The notes beneath the pieces were generated by a model. The model was not told the origin of the DNA, ran no database searches, and saw only the letters and a list, made by a program, of their open reading frames with translations. A stretch of DNA of 64,000 nt from Mobula birostris (taxonomy: Eukaryota): positions 22,846,424 to 22,910,423 of the forward strand of contig NC_092395.1 in the NCBI RefSeq assembly GCF_030028105.1, given 5' to 3'. The translations under genes were made by a program, and so were the position numbers. Below, in pieces: positions 41,219 to 54,125 of the stretch; the stretch's first letter is position 1, and every line of letters begins with the position of its first letter.

Positions 41219-41355
41219 TATACACACACCACAGAATTAAATCCACAGGTCTGTAGATTCATGATCTTAAACTTGAAATTGTGGGCTCACTAAATGTATA
41301 AATACAGTTTCATTTGTTATTAATAGGGATAAATTCCAATTCAGGATGAACTCAC

Positions 41356-41458
41356 CGAGTTCATCCTGTGTAAACCCCAGGAACGTGGTATTCTCATTCA
41401 GGTTCTTGCTGAAGTCTATGCATAAAGTACTGATTTTCTTCTTGATAGCTTTGATCTC
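41356..41458 (-). CDS. THOP1: THOP1 coding exon 4
   Basis: cttcag|GAG ... TCG|gtgag; [34 protein letters not shown]; 103 nt. Confidence 0.96.
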
Positions 41459-41670
41459 CTGAAGCACAAAATAAATTACATTAGGTCCTTTCACTCGCAA
41501 TTCCCAATACTTTAGGGACATTGTACATTCCTGAATAAAGTACTTAAATACAACATTTGATAGTACAGGAAGATCTAGTGGCCTAATAAATGCAGCCATT
41601 GATAAAGATGAATTTCCTGGAGACCTAGCAGAAAAATCCAAGTAATGTGATACTGATATAACAGCCTCTC

Positions 41671-42206
41671 TGTAATGTTTCACTGCTAAGGTAATGGTTT
41701 CTCTCTAACAGCAATGTTCGGGTTATGACTAGAGGTAACGGGGCCTTTGGAATGTATGTTAGCCAATGAGAGGCAGGTTGTGTTTTCTTGTGGGTCTGGG
41801 AGCAAGGATTTCATGGTCTTTTGCCGGGGAGAGACAAGGAGAGAAGACGTGAATGGAGAGAGTTGGTAGACCACCGGACGGAGTGGACTTGGAGTGAGGG
41901 TCTGAGGGTTGGCTATGCTTGGAGGAGGTCGACAGGGAACCAGTGGACTGAACCGTGAGCTCCACCGTTGACTGTTTCATCAGAACTGGCCTTTTTCTTT
42001 TTTTTGTTTCTTTACTAACCACCTAGTCAAATTAAGAATTATAAAGCTGAATTGTTTAATTGCATTAAACTGCTTGTTATTTTGTGATACTGATTTGTAA
42101 TAGGGGACTCATTGCGCAGCATTCACCCAAACAAGATTTCTTAAGTTTGGCCGGGCCAAGGGCTGTCTGCCCCTGGATTATGCTGCTAGCTGAACCAAGA
42201 GTTACA
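41671..42206. mobile_element. Probable solo LTR
   Basis: TGTAA...TTACA inverted termini, about 540 bp, compositional shift from the flanks. No clear TSD. Confidence 0.45.
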
Positions 42207-42584
42207 CTGACAAAGGAACCAGAAGTTCCAATATGCCATTTCTCTTCAATGTTCAGTTAAATATTAACTGGTGTACCAGTTACTTAAAATTACTTGGGTT
42301 AATGTTACATAATATTTCTGTGAATGACTACTCATCCGGATCATCAAGATTTTCGATTTAAATACAGAGATTCTGCAAATGCTGGAAATCCAGATCAACA
42401 CACAAAATGCTGGAGAATCTCAGCAGGGCAGGCAGCATCTATGGAGGGGTTGATGCATCTGGCTGAGACCCTTCATCAGGAGTATCTTAATGAAAATCTT
42501 CATCAGATTTTAATTTAGTTTCTTGCCTGGAAAACACAGGAGCTGTGGTCAGCTTTATAATCAGCTCCCAAAAGCATTGCAGGA

Positions 42585-45433
42585 GCCTGACGTGCAGATT
42601 GTTATTAATGATTATGATATAGTTGGGATCACAGAGACATGGCTCCAGGGTGACAGGGATGGGAGCTCAACGTTCAGGGATATTCAATATTCAGGAGGGA
42701 TAGACGTGAAGGAAGGGGAGGTGGGGTGGCGTTGCTGGTTAAAGAAGAGATTAACGCAATAGAAAGGAAGGACATAAGCCGGGAAGATGTGGAATCGATA
42801 TGGGTAGAGCTGCGTAACACTAAGGGGCAGAAGACACTGGTGGGAGTTGTGTACAGGCCACCTAACAGTAGTAGTGAGGTCGGAGATGGTATTAAACAGG
42901 AAATTAGAAATGTGTGCAATAAAGGAACAGCAATTATAATGGGTGACTTCAATCTACATGTAGATTGGGTGAACCAAATTGGTAAAGGTGCTGAGGAAGA
43001 AGATTTCTTGGAATGTATGCGGGATGGTTTTTTGAACCAACATGTCGAGGAACCAACTAGAGAGCAGGTTATTCTGGACTGGGTTTTGAGCAATGAGGAA
43101 GGGTTAATTAGTGATCTTGTCGTGAGAGGCCCCTTGGGTAAGAGTGACCATAATATGGTGGAATTCTTCATTAAGATGGAGAATGACATAGTTAATTCAG
43201 AAACAAAGGTTCTGAACTTAAAGAGGGGTAACTTTGAAGGTATGAGACGTGAATTAGCTAAGATAGACTGGCAAATGACACTTAAAGGATTGACGGTGGA
43301 TATGCAATGGCAAGCATTTAAAGGTTGCATGGATGAACTGCAACAAATGTTCATCCCAGTTTGGCAAAAGAATAAATCAAGGAAGGTAGTGCACCCATGG
43401 CTGACAAGAGAAATTAGGGATAGTATCAATTCCAAAGAAGCAGCATACAAATTAGCCAGAGAAAGTGGCTCACCTGAGGACTGGGAGAAATTCAGAGTTC
43501 AGCAGAGGAGGACAAAGGGCTTAATTAGGAAGGGGAAAAAAGATTATGAGAGAAAACTGGCAGGCAACATAAAAACGGACTGTAAAAGCTTTTATAGATA
43601 TGTAAAAAGGAAAAGACTGGTAAAGACAAATGTAGGTCCCCTGCAGGCAGAAACAGGTGAATTGATTATGGGGAGCAAGGACATGGCAGACCAATTGAAT
43701 AATTACTTTGGTTCTGTCTTCACTAAGGAGGACATAAATAATCTTCCAGAAATAGTAGGGGACAGAGGGTCCAGTGAGATGGAGGAACTGAGCGAAATAC
43801 ATGTTAGTAGGGAAGTGGTGTTAGGTAAATTGAAGGGATTGAAGGCAGATAAATCCCCAGGGCCAGGTGGTCTGCATCCCAGGGTGCTTAAGGAAGTAGC
43901 CCAAGAAATAGTGGATGCATTAGTGATAATTTTTCAAAACTCGTTAGATTCTGGACTAGTTCCTGAGGATTGGAGGGTGGCTAATGTAACTCCACTTTTT
44001 AAAAAAGGAGGGAGAGAGAAACCGGGGAATTATAGACCGGTTAGCCTAACGTCAGTGGTGGGGAAACTGCTGGAGTCAGTTATCAAGGATGTGATAACAG
44101 CACATTTGGAAAGCAGTGAAATGATCGGACAAAGTCAGCATGGATTTGTGAAAGGAAAATCATGTCTGACGAATCTCATAGAATTTTTTGAGGATGTAAC
44201 TAGTAAAGTGGATAGGGGAGAACCAGTGGATGTGGTATATTTGGATTTTCAGAAGGCTTTTGACAAGGTCCCACACAGGAGATTAGTGTGCAAACTTAAA
44301 GCACACGGTATTGGGGGTAAGGTATTGGTGTGGGTGGAGAGTTGGTTAGCAGACAGGAAGCAAAGAGTGGGAATAAACGGGACCTTTTCAGAATGGCAGG
44401 CGGTGACTAGTGGGGTACCGCAAGGCTCAGTGCTGGGACCCCAGTTGTTTACAATATATATTAATGACTTGGATGAGGGAATTAAATGCAGCATCTCCAA
44501 GTTTGCGGATGACACGAAGCTGGGTGGCAGTGTTAGCTGTGAGGAGGATGCTAAGAGGATGCAGGGTGACTTGGATAGGTTGGGTGAGTGGGCAAATTCA
44601 TGGCAGATGCAATTTAATGTGGATAAATGTGAAGTTATCCACTTTGGTGGCAAAAATAGGAAAACAGATTACTATCTGAATGGTGGCCCATTAGGAAAAG
44701 GGGAGGTGCAACGAGACCTGGGTGTCATTATACACCAGTCATTGAAAGTGGGCATGCAGGTACAGCAGGCGGTGAAAAAGGCGAATGGTATGCTGGCATT
44801 TATAGCGAGAGGATTTGAGTACAGGAGCAGGGAGGTACTACTGCAGTTGTACAAGGCCTTGGTGAGACCACACCTGGAGTATTATGTGCAGTTTTGGTCC
44901 CCTAATCTGAGGAAAGACATCCTTGCCATAGAGGGAGTACAGAGAAGGTTCACCAGATTGATTCCTGGGATGGCAGAACTTTCATATGAAGAAAGAATGG
45001 ATGAACTAGGCTTGTACTCGTTGGAATTTAGAAGATTGAGGGGGGATCTGATTGAAACGTATAAGATCCTAAAGGGATTGGACAGGCTAGATGCAGGAAG
45101 ATTGTTCCCGATGTTGGGGAAGTCCAGAACGAGGGGTCACAGTTTGAGGATAGAGGGGAAGCCTTTTAGGACCGAGATTAGGAAAAACTTCTTCACACAG
45201 AGAGTGGTGAATCTGTGGAATTCTCTGCCACAGGAAACGGTTGAGGCCAGTTCATTGGCTATTTTTAAGAGGGAGTTAGATATGGCCCTTGTGGCTACGG
45301 GGGTCAGGGGGTATGGAGGGAAGGCTGGGGCGGTGTTCTGAGTTGGATGATCAGCCATGATCATAATAAATGGCGGTGCAGGGTCGAAGGGCCGAATGGC
45401 CTACTCCTGCACCTATTTTCTATGTTTCTATGT
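42585..45433 (+). mobile_element. Young CR1 LINE, 5'-truncated, with an 871-aa uninterrupted endonuclease/RT frame
   Basis: ORF 42726-45341: VYRPP, GDFN, SDH, QHGF, DFQKAFD, GVPQGSVLGP, FADD. One frameshift near 42655. Intact 3' UTR with TTTCTATG tail. Confidence 0.97.
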
Positions 45434-45636
45434 ATATATTAAATTAAGGAAACTCCAAGAATGGCACACAGATCATATGTGCTGGGTAGTGACACATTTT
45501 TAACTTTTACCCAAGTCCCCCCAAAAACCAAAAGGGCAGGTTATTCCCGCTTATATTAATATTAATCCTGCATTATTTACTAGCATTCTCATTTTGATTA
45601 AATATCTATAAATGCCACAATTTTACTGCTATTCAC

Positions 45637-45744
45637 CTCTTGCTTCTCTTTACACAAATGGAGTCCATTTCTTTTTCCTAATTTCAACAGTCTTTCCATG
45701 TAGCGCCTAGCTTCCGGCCGTAGATCTTCAGCTTGACATTTATC
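45637..45744 (-). CDS. THOP1: THOP1 coding exon 3
   Basis: cctcag|GAT ... GAG|gtgaat; DKCQAEDLRPEARRYMERLLKLGKRNGLHLCKEKQE; 108 nt. Confidence 0.96.
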
Positions 45745-46966
45745 CTGAGGGAGAAAAGAAACATCCAGAGTGACTAGAAGCAAAGAATCATCTTAAATGA
45801 ATTTACCTTACTATGTAAAGGAATCTAGAAAATATCTTCATACAGACAAAAAGCATCTTTTACATGAGCATAATTTTTACTGATTTGTCAGCTGGAACAG
45901 TGACAATTAGGATCCTTTATTCCAAAGATGGAACACTTTACTTCAGAGATGACTGCAGGATATAACATTTAACATCACATTTTCCAACAAATCCTGTTTA
46001 CCTAATAAGTGAAGCCAATGTTAATGATGTTATTACACCAACAATTATTTACACAATATTTTGGGAAAAATATGCAGACTGAGGGTCGCACATATATGGA
46101 ATGAGCTGCCAAAAGAAGCAGTTGAGGCAGGACCAATAAAAATATATAAAAGACATTTAGACAAGTATGTGGAAAGCAAGGAAATTGGACTAGTTCAGAT
46201 GGGCATCTTGGTTGTCATGATCAAATTGGGCTGAAGAGCCCTTTTCTGTGCTGTACAACTCTATGACTGCAAGTGCAAATGAAATAAAGGTCACAGACCA
46301 GTTAACCTACTTTGATCCTACTGAATAATGGGGAAATCAAGACATCCACAGAAACACTGATTTTAGTATTCACATTCATCTTTTCAGCTCAATATGAGAA
46401 ATTTAATATCATTGTTGAATGATGCTTCTAAAAGTGCAACATTTCCTCAAATACAGCATTAAGATGCCAGCTTAGATTGTGCTTTATAATCCTGGATGTC
46501 AGTATAACCCATGACCCCACGATGTAGAAGCAAACAGGTATAAAGTAATTATGTTAGAGTAGACAAGTACTCTATCTGAAGTGCATCAGCAAGTCCGCGC
46601 AGAGCTCTGAAGAATATCGGAAAAGTTGGATGTTCATGGTTTTAGAAAAAACAGCTATTATGGTGTCTAAAATGGGAACACTTAAACCCGAGTCAGTACT
46701 GATGTTCAAAACAAAGTAAAAATTCTCACCACCCAAACCAAAACAGACTGGTTCATGCTAAACAAAAGGAGGTGTTTTCACTGTTGTCTTCAGTTCTGCA
46801 CCTATCTGATATCCCAGCAAGCTATTCATTTATGAAAAACTACTCAAAAAATATTGTTGTAAATTACTAGGGCCATCATGAGCCGTGTCCCTTTGTTCTC
46901 ATCAGCTGCGGCATTGCTTAGCCCATTGAGCTGGAATCCACTGAAGAAATACAAAAACAAAGTATA

Positions 46967-48586
46967 CAGGTGTCCCCACATTTTGAACGTTCGCTTTACA
47001 AAACCTCGCTGTTACGAAAAAAGGCAGCGCGCGCCCCGAGCAGCCAAGCTCCTCCCCCGGAACTGCATTCTAGCCGGCATTGCTTAAACACGTGCCTGTG
47101 AGCATCTGTGCATTATGTCGATTTATTTTGAGCATCCGTTAGCAAGATGAGTTCTAAGGTATTGGAAAAGCCTAAAAGAGCTCGTAAAGGTGTTACACAG
47201 CGTAAAACTAGACATAATTAAGCATTTCGATCCTGATGAACAAAGTAAGGACAAAGTTTGGCTTGTGGAAGTTGACAAAGATGATGTTGAAGAGGTTTCA
47301 GCATCCCATGACCAAGAATTGATAGATGAAGAGCTGATGCAATTGGAAGAGGAAAGGATAACAATTGAAACTGAATGTAGTAGCGAACAGACCAAAAGTG
47401 AAGTCGTTCAGGAACTGAACATGAAGCAACAGCATGAGATTTTCACTGCAATGATTGCAGAAAAGTATGACTTTAATTTTGAAAGGGTACGTAGGTTTAG
47501 GGCATATTTGTAGGATGGTTTGAGTGCTTACAAAGAACTGTATGATAGAAAAATGAGCGAGGCTAAGCAGTCAAGCATACTGTCATTTTTCAAGCCTTCC
47601 ACATCAGCCACAGCAGACGATGAACCTCGACCTTCGACATCGAGGCAGGAAGACATAGAAGAAGATGATCTGCCTGCCCTGATGGAAACAGACAACAATG
47701 AGATGACACCCCAGTGTCCCACCACACCAACATCCGAGCCGCGGACCGATATAGGGCTGCGAAGAATGTAGTGGTGCAGCAGTAGCCGGGACGCACCCAG
47801 CACATCTTTAAGAAAAAAGCCAAAATAAACAAGCTAATTAATTAGCTTGTTGGAAGGGTCTCGGCCCAAAACGTCAACTGTATCTCTTCCTAGAGATGCT
47901 GCCTGGCCTGCTGCATTCACCAGAAACTTTTATGTGTGTTGCTTGAAATTCTAGCATCTGCAGATATCCTCGTGCTTGAGCTTGTTTATTTCGGCTTTTT
48001 TCTTAACGATGTGCTGGGTGCATTCCAACTACCGCTGCGCCACTGCACGTTTCACAGCAATGTATCAGTCTGCGGTCTGGAGGTTGGGGGCCACTGCACC
48101 ACCCCAACCTCTGACGACTCAGCCTAACACACCATCATCAGTGTGCTCGGCGCTGTCTTCCCGATTCCGGTAAGTGATACTACACTGTACATACATTATT
48201 TCTACTTTATATAGGCTGTGTATTTTTAATGTGTTATTTGGTATGATTTGGCAGCTTCATAGCTTAAAGGTTAATGGAAAGAGTGTTTCTGCCGAGCGCT
48301 TGCGTGAGATTTTCGCTACGGTGGACAGTTCGGCAATGATTGTAGAAAAGTATTTCTACTTTATATAGGCTGTGTACTTATCATATCATTCCTGCTTTCA
48401 CTATGTTACTGTTATTTTAGGTTCTATGTGTTATTTGGCATGATTGGCAGGTTACTTTTTGGGTCTGCGAATGCTCACAAATTTTTCCCATATAAATAAA
48501 TGGTAATTGCTTCTTCACTTTACAACATTCCGGCTTACAAACCATTTCATAAGAACGCTCTACCTTCGAGTGGTGGGGAAAACCTG
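46967..48586 (+). mobile_element. Tigger-like internally deleted DNA transposon
   Basis: TA-CAGGTGTCCCCAC ... GTGGGGAAAACCTG-TA. A Tigger N-terminal remnant (VKLDIIKHF) is fused to the C-terminus (DVEEV.ASHDQELIDEELMQL; YKELYDRK..AKQSSILSFFKP). Confidence 0.85.
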
Positions 48587-48714
48587 TAATGCTCTGACAA
48601 TACTTTTGAAACTAATATTCGTAGAACTATCAAAAAAGGAATCTTGCAAAATAAAAGTGGCCTAAAATTTTCTTCAGCACCCCCACACTTTATTCAACCA
48701 GCATCATTTCTCAC

Positions 48715-48863
48715 CTGAAGAGCAACAATTCTCTGGTAAACATCTTCTCTCATGCTCATCTCTACATCAAATTCAGATAACCGTTTATCTGCCTCAGTGC
48801 TCGCAGCCCGAACTTCTTTGCAAGGAGAAACATGCTGTGGGAAGTCAAGAATATTCCGCTGAA
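48715..48863 (-). CDS. THOP1: THOP1 coding exon 2
   Basis: tttcag|TT ... CAG|gtgaga; [50 protein letters not shown]; 149 nt. Confidence 0.97.
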
Positions 48864-49184
48864 CTGAAATAACAAAAAATATCTCAGTATTAGATCCAAA
48901 GCATTCGACAAAGCAATCTTCCATTACACGAGAGATATTAAGAGAAAAATCTAGTACAAAGCACATTTCACTGGGAAGGGCATTCTTACTGCTCTTAACT
49001 TCCATACTGTGATACTTCAGTTTGTCATTTCAAGATAAGTATTCACCATGGAATGAAAGATATGGGCTTATTGACAGAAAGGAAGTCTTAGAACATAAAC
49101 AGATAGCTTCCTCACATGAGCTCAAGCATACACTTTCCAACTTTATTTACTCTATAGCAACTTGGACAGAAATTCCAAGAAATA

Positions 49185-50200
49185 ATCTGCGCACACCCAT
49201 CTTGCCGCTGCCTTGATAGAGTTCTTCTTGTCCTTATCCACCAGCCCATCAGCCTCCGCATCCAACACATCATCTTCTGCAATTTCCATAATCTCCAAAG
49301 GGATCCCACCACTAAAAACGCACCTTTGCCTCCCACCCCCTTCCTGCTTTCCGTAGGGATCACTTCCTCCACAATTCCGTTATCCATCCGACCCTCCCCA
49401 CTAATCTTCCTCCCAGCACCTATCCCTGCAAGCAACCCAAGTGGTACACCTGGCCAGACACCTCCTCCCTCACATCCATTCAAGGCCCCAAAGAATCCTT
49501 CCAAATGAGGAATACTTCACCTGTGAACCTGATGGGGTCATCTATTATGTCCAGTGCTCCCACTGCAGCTTCCTCTACATAGCTGAGACCCGTCATAAAC
49601 TGGGGGACCCCTTCATCTAGCACCGTCACTCTCTCCACCACAAGTTGAACTTCGATGGCTAAACATTTAAATTCTAATTCCCTTTCCCCTTTTGAAATGT
49701 CAGTCCATGGCCTCCTCTTGTGCCAAGATAAGGCCACGCTCAGGGTGGAAGAGCAATATCTTACATTTCTTCTGGATAGTCTCCAACCTGATAGCATGAA
49801 TATCAATTTCTCTTTCCAGTAGGAAAAAATCTTTATCCTCTTCCTCTATTCCCCACTCTAACCCTTTACTTCTTCTTAGCTGCCCATCATTTCCCCCGGG
49901 TCCTTTTCTCCTTCCCTTTCTACTTTGGTCAACTCTCCTGTCCAATCAGATTCCTTCTTCTCTAGACCTTGACCATTCCCACCACCTGGCTTCACCAATC
50001 ACCTTCCAGCTAGCTTCCTTCCCCTTCCCCCACCTTTTTCCCCTGGTGTCTTCCTCCTTCCTTCTCAGTCCTGAAGAAGGTTCTTGGCCCAAAATGTCAC
50101 TGTGTATTCATTTCCACAGATACTGGCTGACTTGCCCAGTTCCTCCAGAATTGTGTGCGTTGTTTTGGATTTCCAGCATCTGCATATTTCTTCATGTTTA
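49185..50200 (+). mobile_element. Penelope-like element 3' part, decayed
   Basis: GIY-YIG remnant (VIYYVQCSHCSFLYIAET...) and terminal repeat with cagtc-CTGAAGA...AAAA-tgtc-actg. Confidence 0.85.
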
Positions 50201-53200
50201 TCATTACAGTGTATTTTTGTTTTCAATGCTTTGAAGTTGCTGATAAAGTTGATGTTTCTGGCTGATCCACTGTATTGCCCATTTTGAGAAGTAGGCATCA
50301 TGAACATTTATTGTCATCCTCTAATTACCTGTAGGAAACCAAAGCACCCAGGGGAATGAATTCCACGCATTCACAGAGAACTGGCAAACTCCACACAGAG
50401 CAGTATCGAACCTAGGTCACTTGAGCCACAAGACACTGAACTACCCACAGCAGCAACATGCCACTCGAGGGCTAACACTTGTGTAATGCAAATATTATTT
50501 ACCATTTACCACCCCATGCTTGAATATTGTCTGGGTATTGCTGCATACAAGCTTGGACTCCTTCATTAAATGAGGATCATTTGAAATCATCATTTCCATT
50601 GGAAAATCTATGTTATAAATTGTTGAAACTTTACTTAATGAAAACTCATTCATAATGTACACAGCATATTTAGGTGAGTGCAGGCGATTAGGTAACTTTC
50701 ATGTGATTTCTTGGTTACACTATATAACATGAAAACTAACATAACCTCAGACCTATTTGTCCAACAAAGCCACGGAGAGACAGAGGTAAAATCTCCTGTC
50801 AGCAGTGATCTCTACACAAAATAATAGAATGTCTGGTCTATTGCTTACAAAGGTATTTCCACAAAATGACCCATTTTGAACAATGCTTTCTAGATACAAC
50901 AATCAATTTGATGGGATCACCACTGAATTTTCTTTATGCTATTTACAGTACAAATGAAAAGTGTGACACTTCTCCCTATTCAGTATAAATAATTGTATTT
51001 TAGGTACTAATAATAGAGTTTGCTCATGCACAATGTGTATGCATTAGTTTGCAATAGAATATTATGGATACAAGTTGAAATAAAGGGCATCTATTGCAAT
51101 GAACCGGCACCTGTGACACTGAATGAAATATTGATTTGTTCAAGCAGCACCAGTGGGCAAAGGTTGAATATTCAGCAGGCAGATTTTCCCTTTCATCACG
51201 GTAACATCTGCTGACAATTTGATTCCATGCATACTGGCTAGATTATGGTCCTCAAGCTTAGCTACAAGTCGCCAGCATAAACTGAATACTGCACTGACAA
51301 ATGAGGCACAGGTGACAGTGAATTCAGTACACACGTAATCAATATAGCATCCCAACACTGCTGTTTCTAAACTATTCCCTAAAGAGCTTGCTGTACTGCT
51401 ATTTACATCTCTGCATGCAAACAAGCCCAACAGATCATGATTTAAAGTCAGAAGTGACGCTTTAGATGATCTTCTGGTTAAAAATGTAGACTAATTCAAT
51501 TCTGCAAGTAGCATACAAGATGGCACAAATGAAAGGAAACTACAGCACAATAAATACAATTTCATCCAGTATACAAAAGTTATATGTCAGGATTTATTAA
51601 CTTCCTATCCAGATTTTAGTCTTTTCTATCTGTGACATTACAGTAGAGTAGACAAGGAAAATTTGCTTCCTATTGATACAAATTGCTGGTGACCTCAGAT
51701 TTAAAATAATTGGTTAAAAACAAATCCAAAAGGTAGACACTGGATTCAGAGGTAGCTTTCAGTACTATATTGTTATGATCTGGAATTCAATACCTGAAAG
51801 GATAATGAAAACATATTCAATAGTAACTTACAAAGGATTTTGCATCCATCTGTAAACAAAAAGGAAATGGGAAAAGCAGGTGATTGGGAGTATATTGAAA
51901 AGCTATATCAAAGAGTTGGTACCAATATAAACTGGTTCCTTCTGTGCTGTGTGACTCAGTGAAATGCAAGACACCATCAAGCATTGAAGTGAAGTCAGCT
52001 AATTCAACAGGAGAGCTTTCTTTTTCTTTAACAGTGCAATCTGATATCATTTTATGAGGCATGTCACTCACAGCTGACACAATGGATAATACTCCTTTTG
52101 CTTTTGTTTCTTTTCCAAACCGAGATTTTTTAAAACTTGCAGATAAAACAACCAAATTAACAATGCTTTCCTAACTTTAAACCAATTTCTGAATCCAGCC
52201 TAATTGACTTTTAATTCTAAAATGAATTCCGAGATGCTTCTACTGATGGGCATACTTTCATGCTCATAGGCAGTTTTGATCCAACAAACTCAATGAATTA
52301 GGTTTGGATTTAAGAATTTAAGTTTGGATAGGTACTTGGATGAGGGAGGTATGGAGGGCTATGGTCTGGGTGCAGATAGAACTAGGCAGTAAAACAGGTT
52401 GGCATTGACTAAATGGGCTAAAGGGCCTGTTTCTGTTCTGTAGTGCTCGATGAAATCCAAGCTATCAGCATAATATTTAAATTTATAATTTGCAGGCAGG
52501 TCTTTCGGTCTGTTTGTATTGACTCTTCAACTAGACAAAAATAATCCAGTTAGTCAGCTCTCTCTCTCACCACAGCTGTCTTCCTCAATTTCAACTATTA
52601 ACAGCCTTGAAGGATGGCATTCTGCCCATCAACTCTAAATAGCACTTTGCAGAACCTTCTCTGAGAAAGTTATGCAGTTCCATAGTATATGTGGACTTAG
52701 GTATTCTCAAACTCCATTTGCAACCTGGTAATTTTATTTTTGAAATGCAATCATTGTTGTGAGTAGACGAAAACACTTCCACACACAGCAATATGACAAG
52801 AAATAGATATTGACCATTTGTGGTTGCTCTCATCAAAATCAAACTTCAGGAAACAAGCTTCTGGAGATTAGCATCTGGAGACAGTGTTTTGAGTTGATAC
52901 CTTGCATCAAAAATGAATTAAAGCACTTGAAGTCGCTTGGATTTCCATAATACTTAAAGACTTTCTCAACCTTGGATAAAAGGATTAATACTTGATACCA
53001 AACAAGAGGCCAGCAATTTCCCACTCTCCTTATTTACATGGTGTCCTGCCACCTACTCTCACCTGTTAGTAAATTACAGGCACCAATTAACCCACCAGAA
53101 GAAATGCCCAGTCATGGGAAAAATGTACAAGTTCCACACAGACAACCATGGATTCAGTTTAGGAATTAACCTGGGACTCAAGCTGTGAGGCAACTAAACT

Positions 53201-53662
53201 AAATAATTACGGTGAGCAAGTCACCTATCTTCAAAACATGTACTAACACGTAAGGACCGCCAAGGGCTGGCTAATCCAATAGAACACAACTGAACCCAGA
53301 TTTTGCACTCAACTCTCCGGAGTGGCGGTTCTATCACTAGGCCACATCTGCCAGCTCCACTAATTCCATAACGTTCTAATGTTTCCTTTCCAGTCTGCAT
53401 TCAACTTCTTTCAGAATACTATCACTGTACACTTAAACCAAGCCAGCAGGTCCAAGATCACCGCGAGAGTTGTGCAATTATTAAAATATAAATATGCAAC
53501 ACCCGCTTAATAAACAGAAGCTGATAAGTGCAGGTTTACTCGTCAAGGCACCTGGTGATGTTTTGATTCCAGTGATGTTGCTGCTAAATTAAAATGAACG
53601 AGTCAACTCATTAAATCTCAGGGCGTTACAATCCCCGAAACATTGCACCCCCCTCCCCTCAC

Positions 53663-53882
53663 CAGTGTATTCCACCTCGATGTCGGCCAGTTCCTTCAGC
53701 GTATTCTCATAGGTCACCTCGGCCAGGTCGACCAAGCCAACGCGATTGTACACCTGTCTCGTCCTGCACATGATGGCCTGGGCCTCCTCCTCGATTTGCT
53801 CTTTACTCAGATTCCAGCGGAGACGGTTCGGGCCTGCGGGCTCTCCTGTCCCGCTGATTAGCATTTTGCCGACGGGAGACAT
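53663..53882 (-). CDS. THOP1: THOP1 first coding exon
   Basis: ATG at 53882 with an in-frame upstream TAA; MSPVGKMLISG...NRLRWNLSKEQIEE...YENTLKELADIEVEYT; donor CTG|gtgagg; CpG-rich. The exact start codon is less certain than the exon. Confidence 0.88.
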
Positions 53883-54039
53883 GCCGATCTTATATTTTAT
53901 TTAAATACAATATCAATATATATTGTTACCACGATGGAATTCCAATTACGTCCAGCACCAATACTTCACACTCAAATCACCAACACGCCGGTGCAATTCA
54001 AACGTGGACTCTCTCCAACCGACGATGCCAAGTCCCTCC

Positions 54040-54125
54040 TCTACCTCAACCTCATTGGTTACTTCTCTCCTACGCAGCGACGTCAATCATGCCTGAACTG
54101 ATTGACGGAAGTCTGCCACGGTCAT
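54040..54125 (-). promoter_or_regulatory. Putative THOP1 promoter
   Basis: CCAAT (ATTGG 54054-54058), CRE-like CGACGTCA 54078-54085, composite TGACG/CGGAAGT (CRE half-site + ETS) 54103-54112; 170-230 bp upstream of the ATG. Confidence 0.6.

Noticed and set aside
42674-44653. Long antisense ORFs over LINEs (also 34534-34995, 27581-27997, 5847-6419)
   Set aside because: These are shadow frames of CR1 ORF2 with no independent motifs or splice signals.
42726-45341. 871-aa ORF as a host gene, retron or domesticated RT
   Set aside because: It is standard CR1 ORF2 with a CR1 tail, is 5'-truncated with an upstream frameshift, and has several decayed relatives in the window.
47190-47771. Acidic ORFs as a nested host gene
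   Set aside because: They lie between Tigger-type TIRs and match a transposase C-terminus, with an internal stop.
13606-53882. Neurolysin (NLN) as the gene identity
   Set aside because: Diagnostic residues match THOP1 ([45 protein letters not shown]), and no mitochondrial leader is visible.
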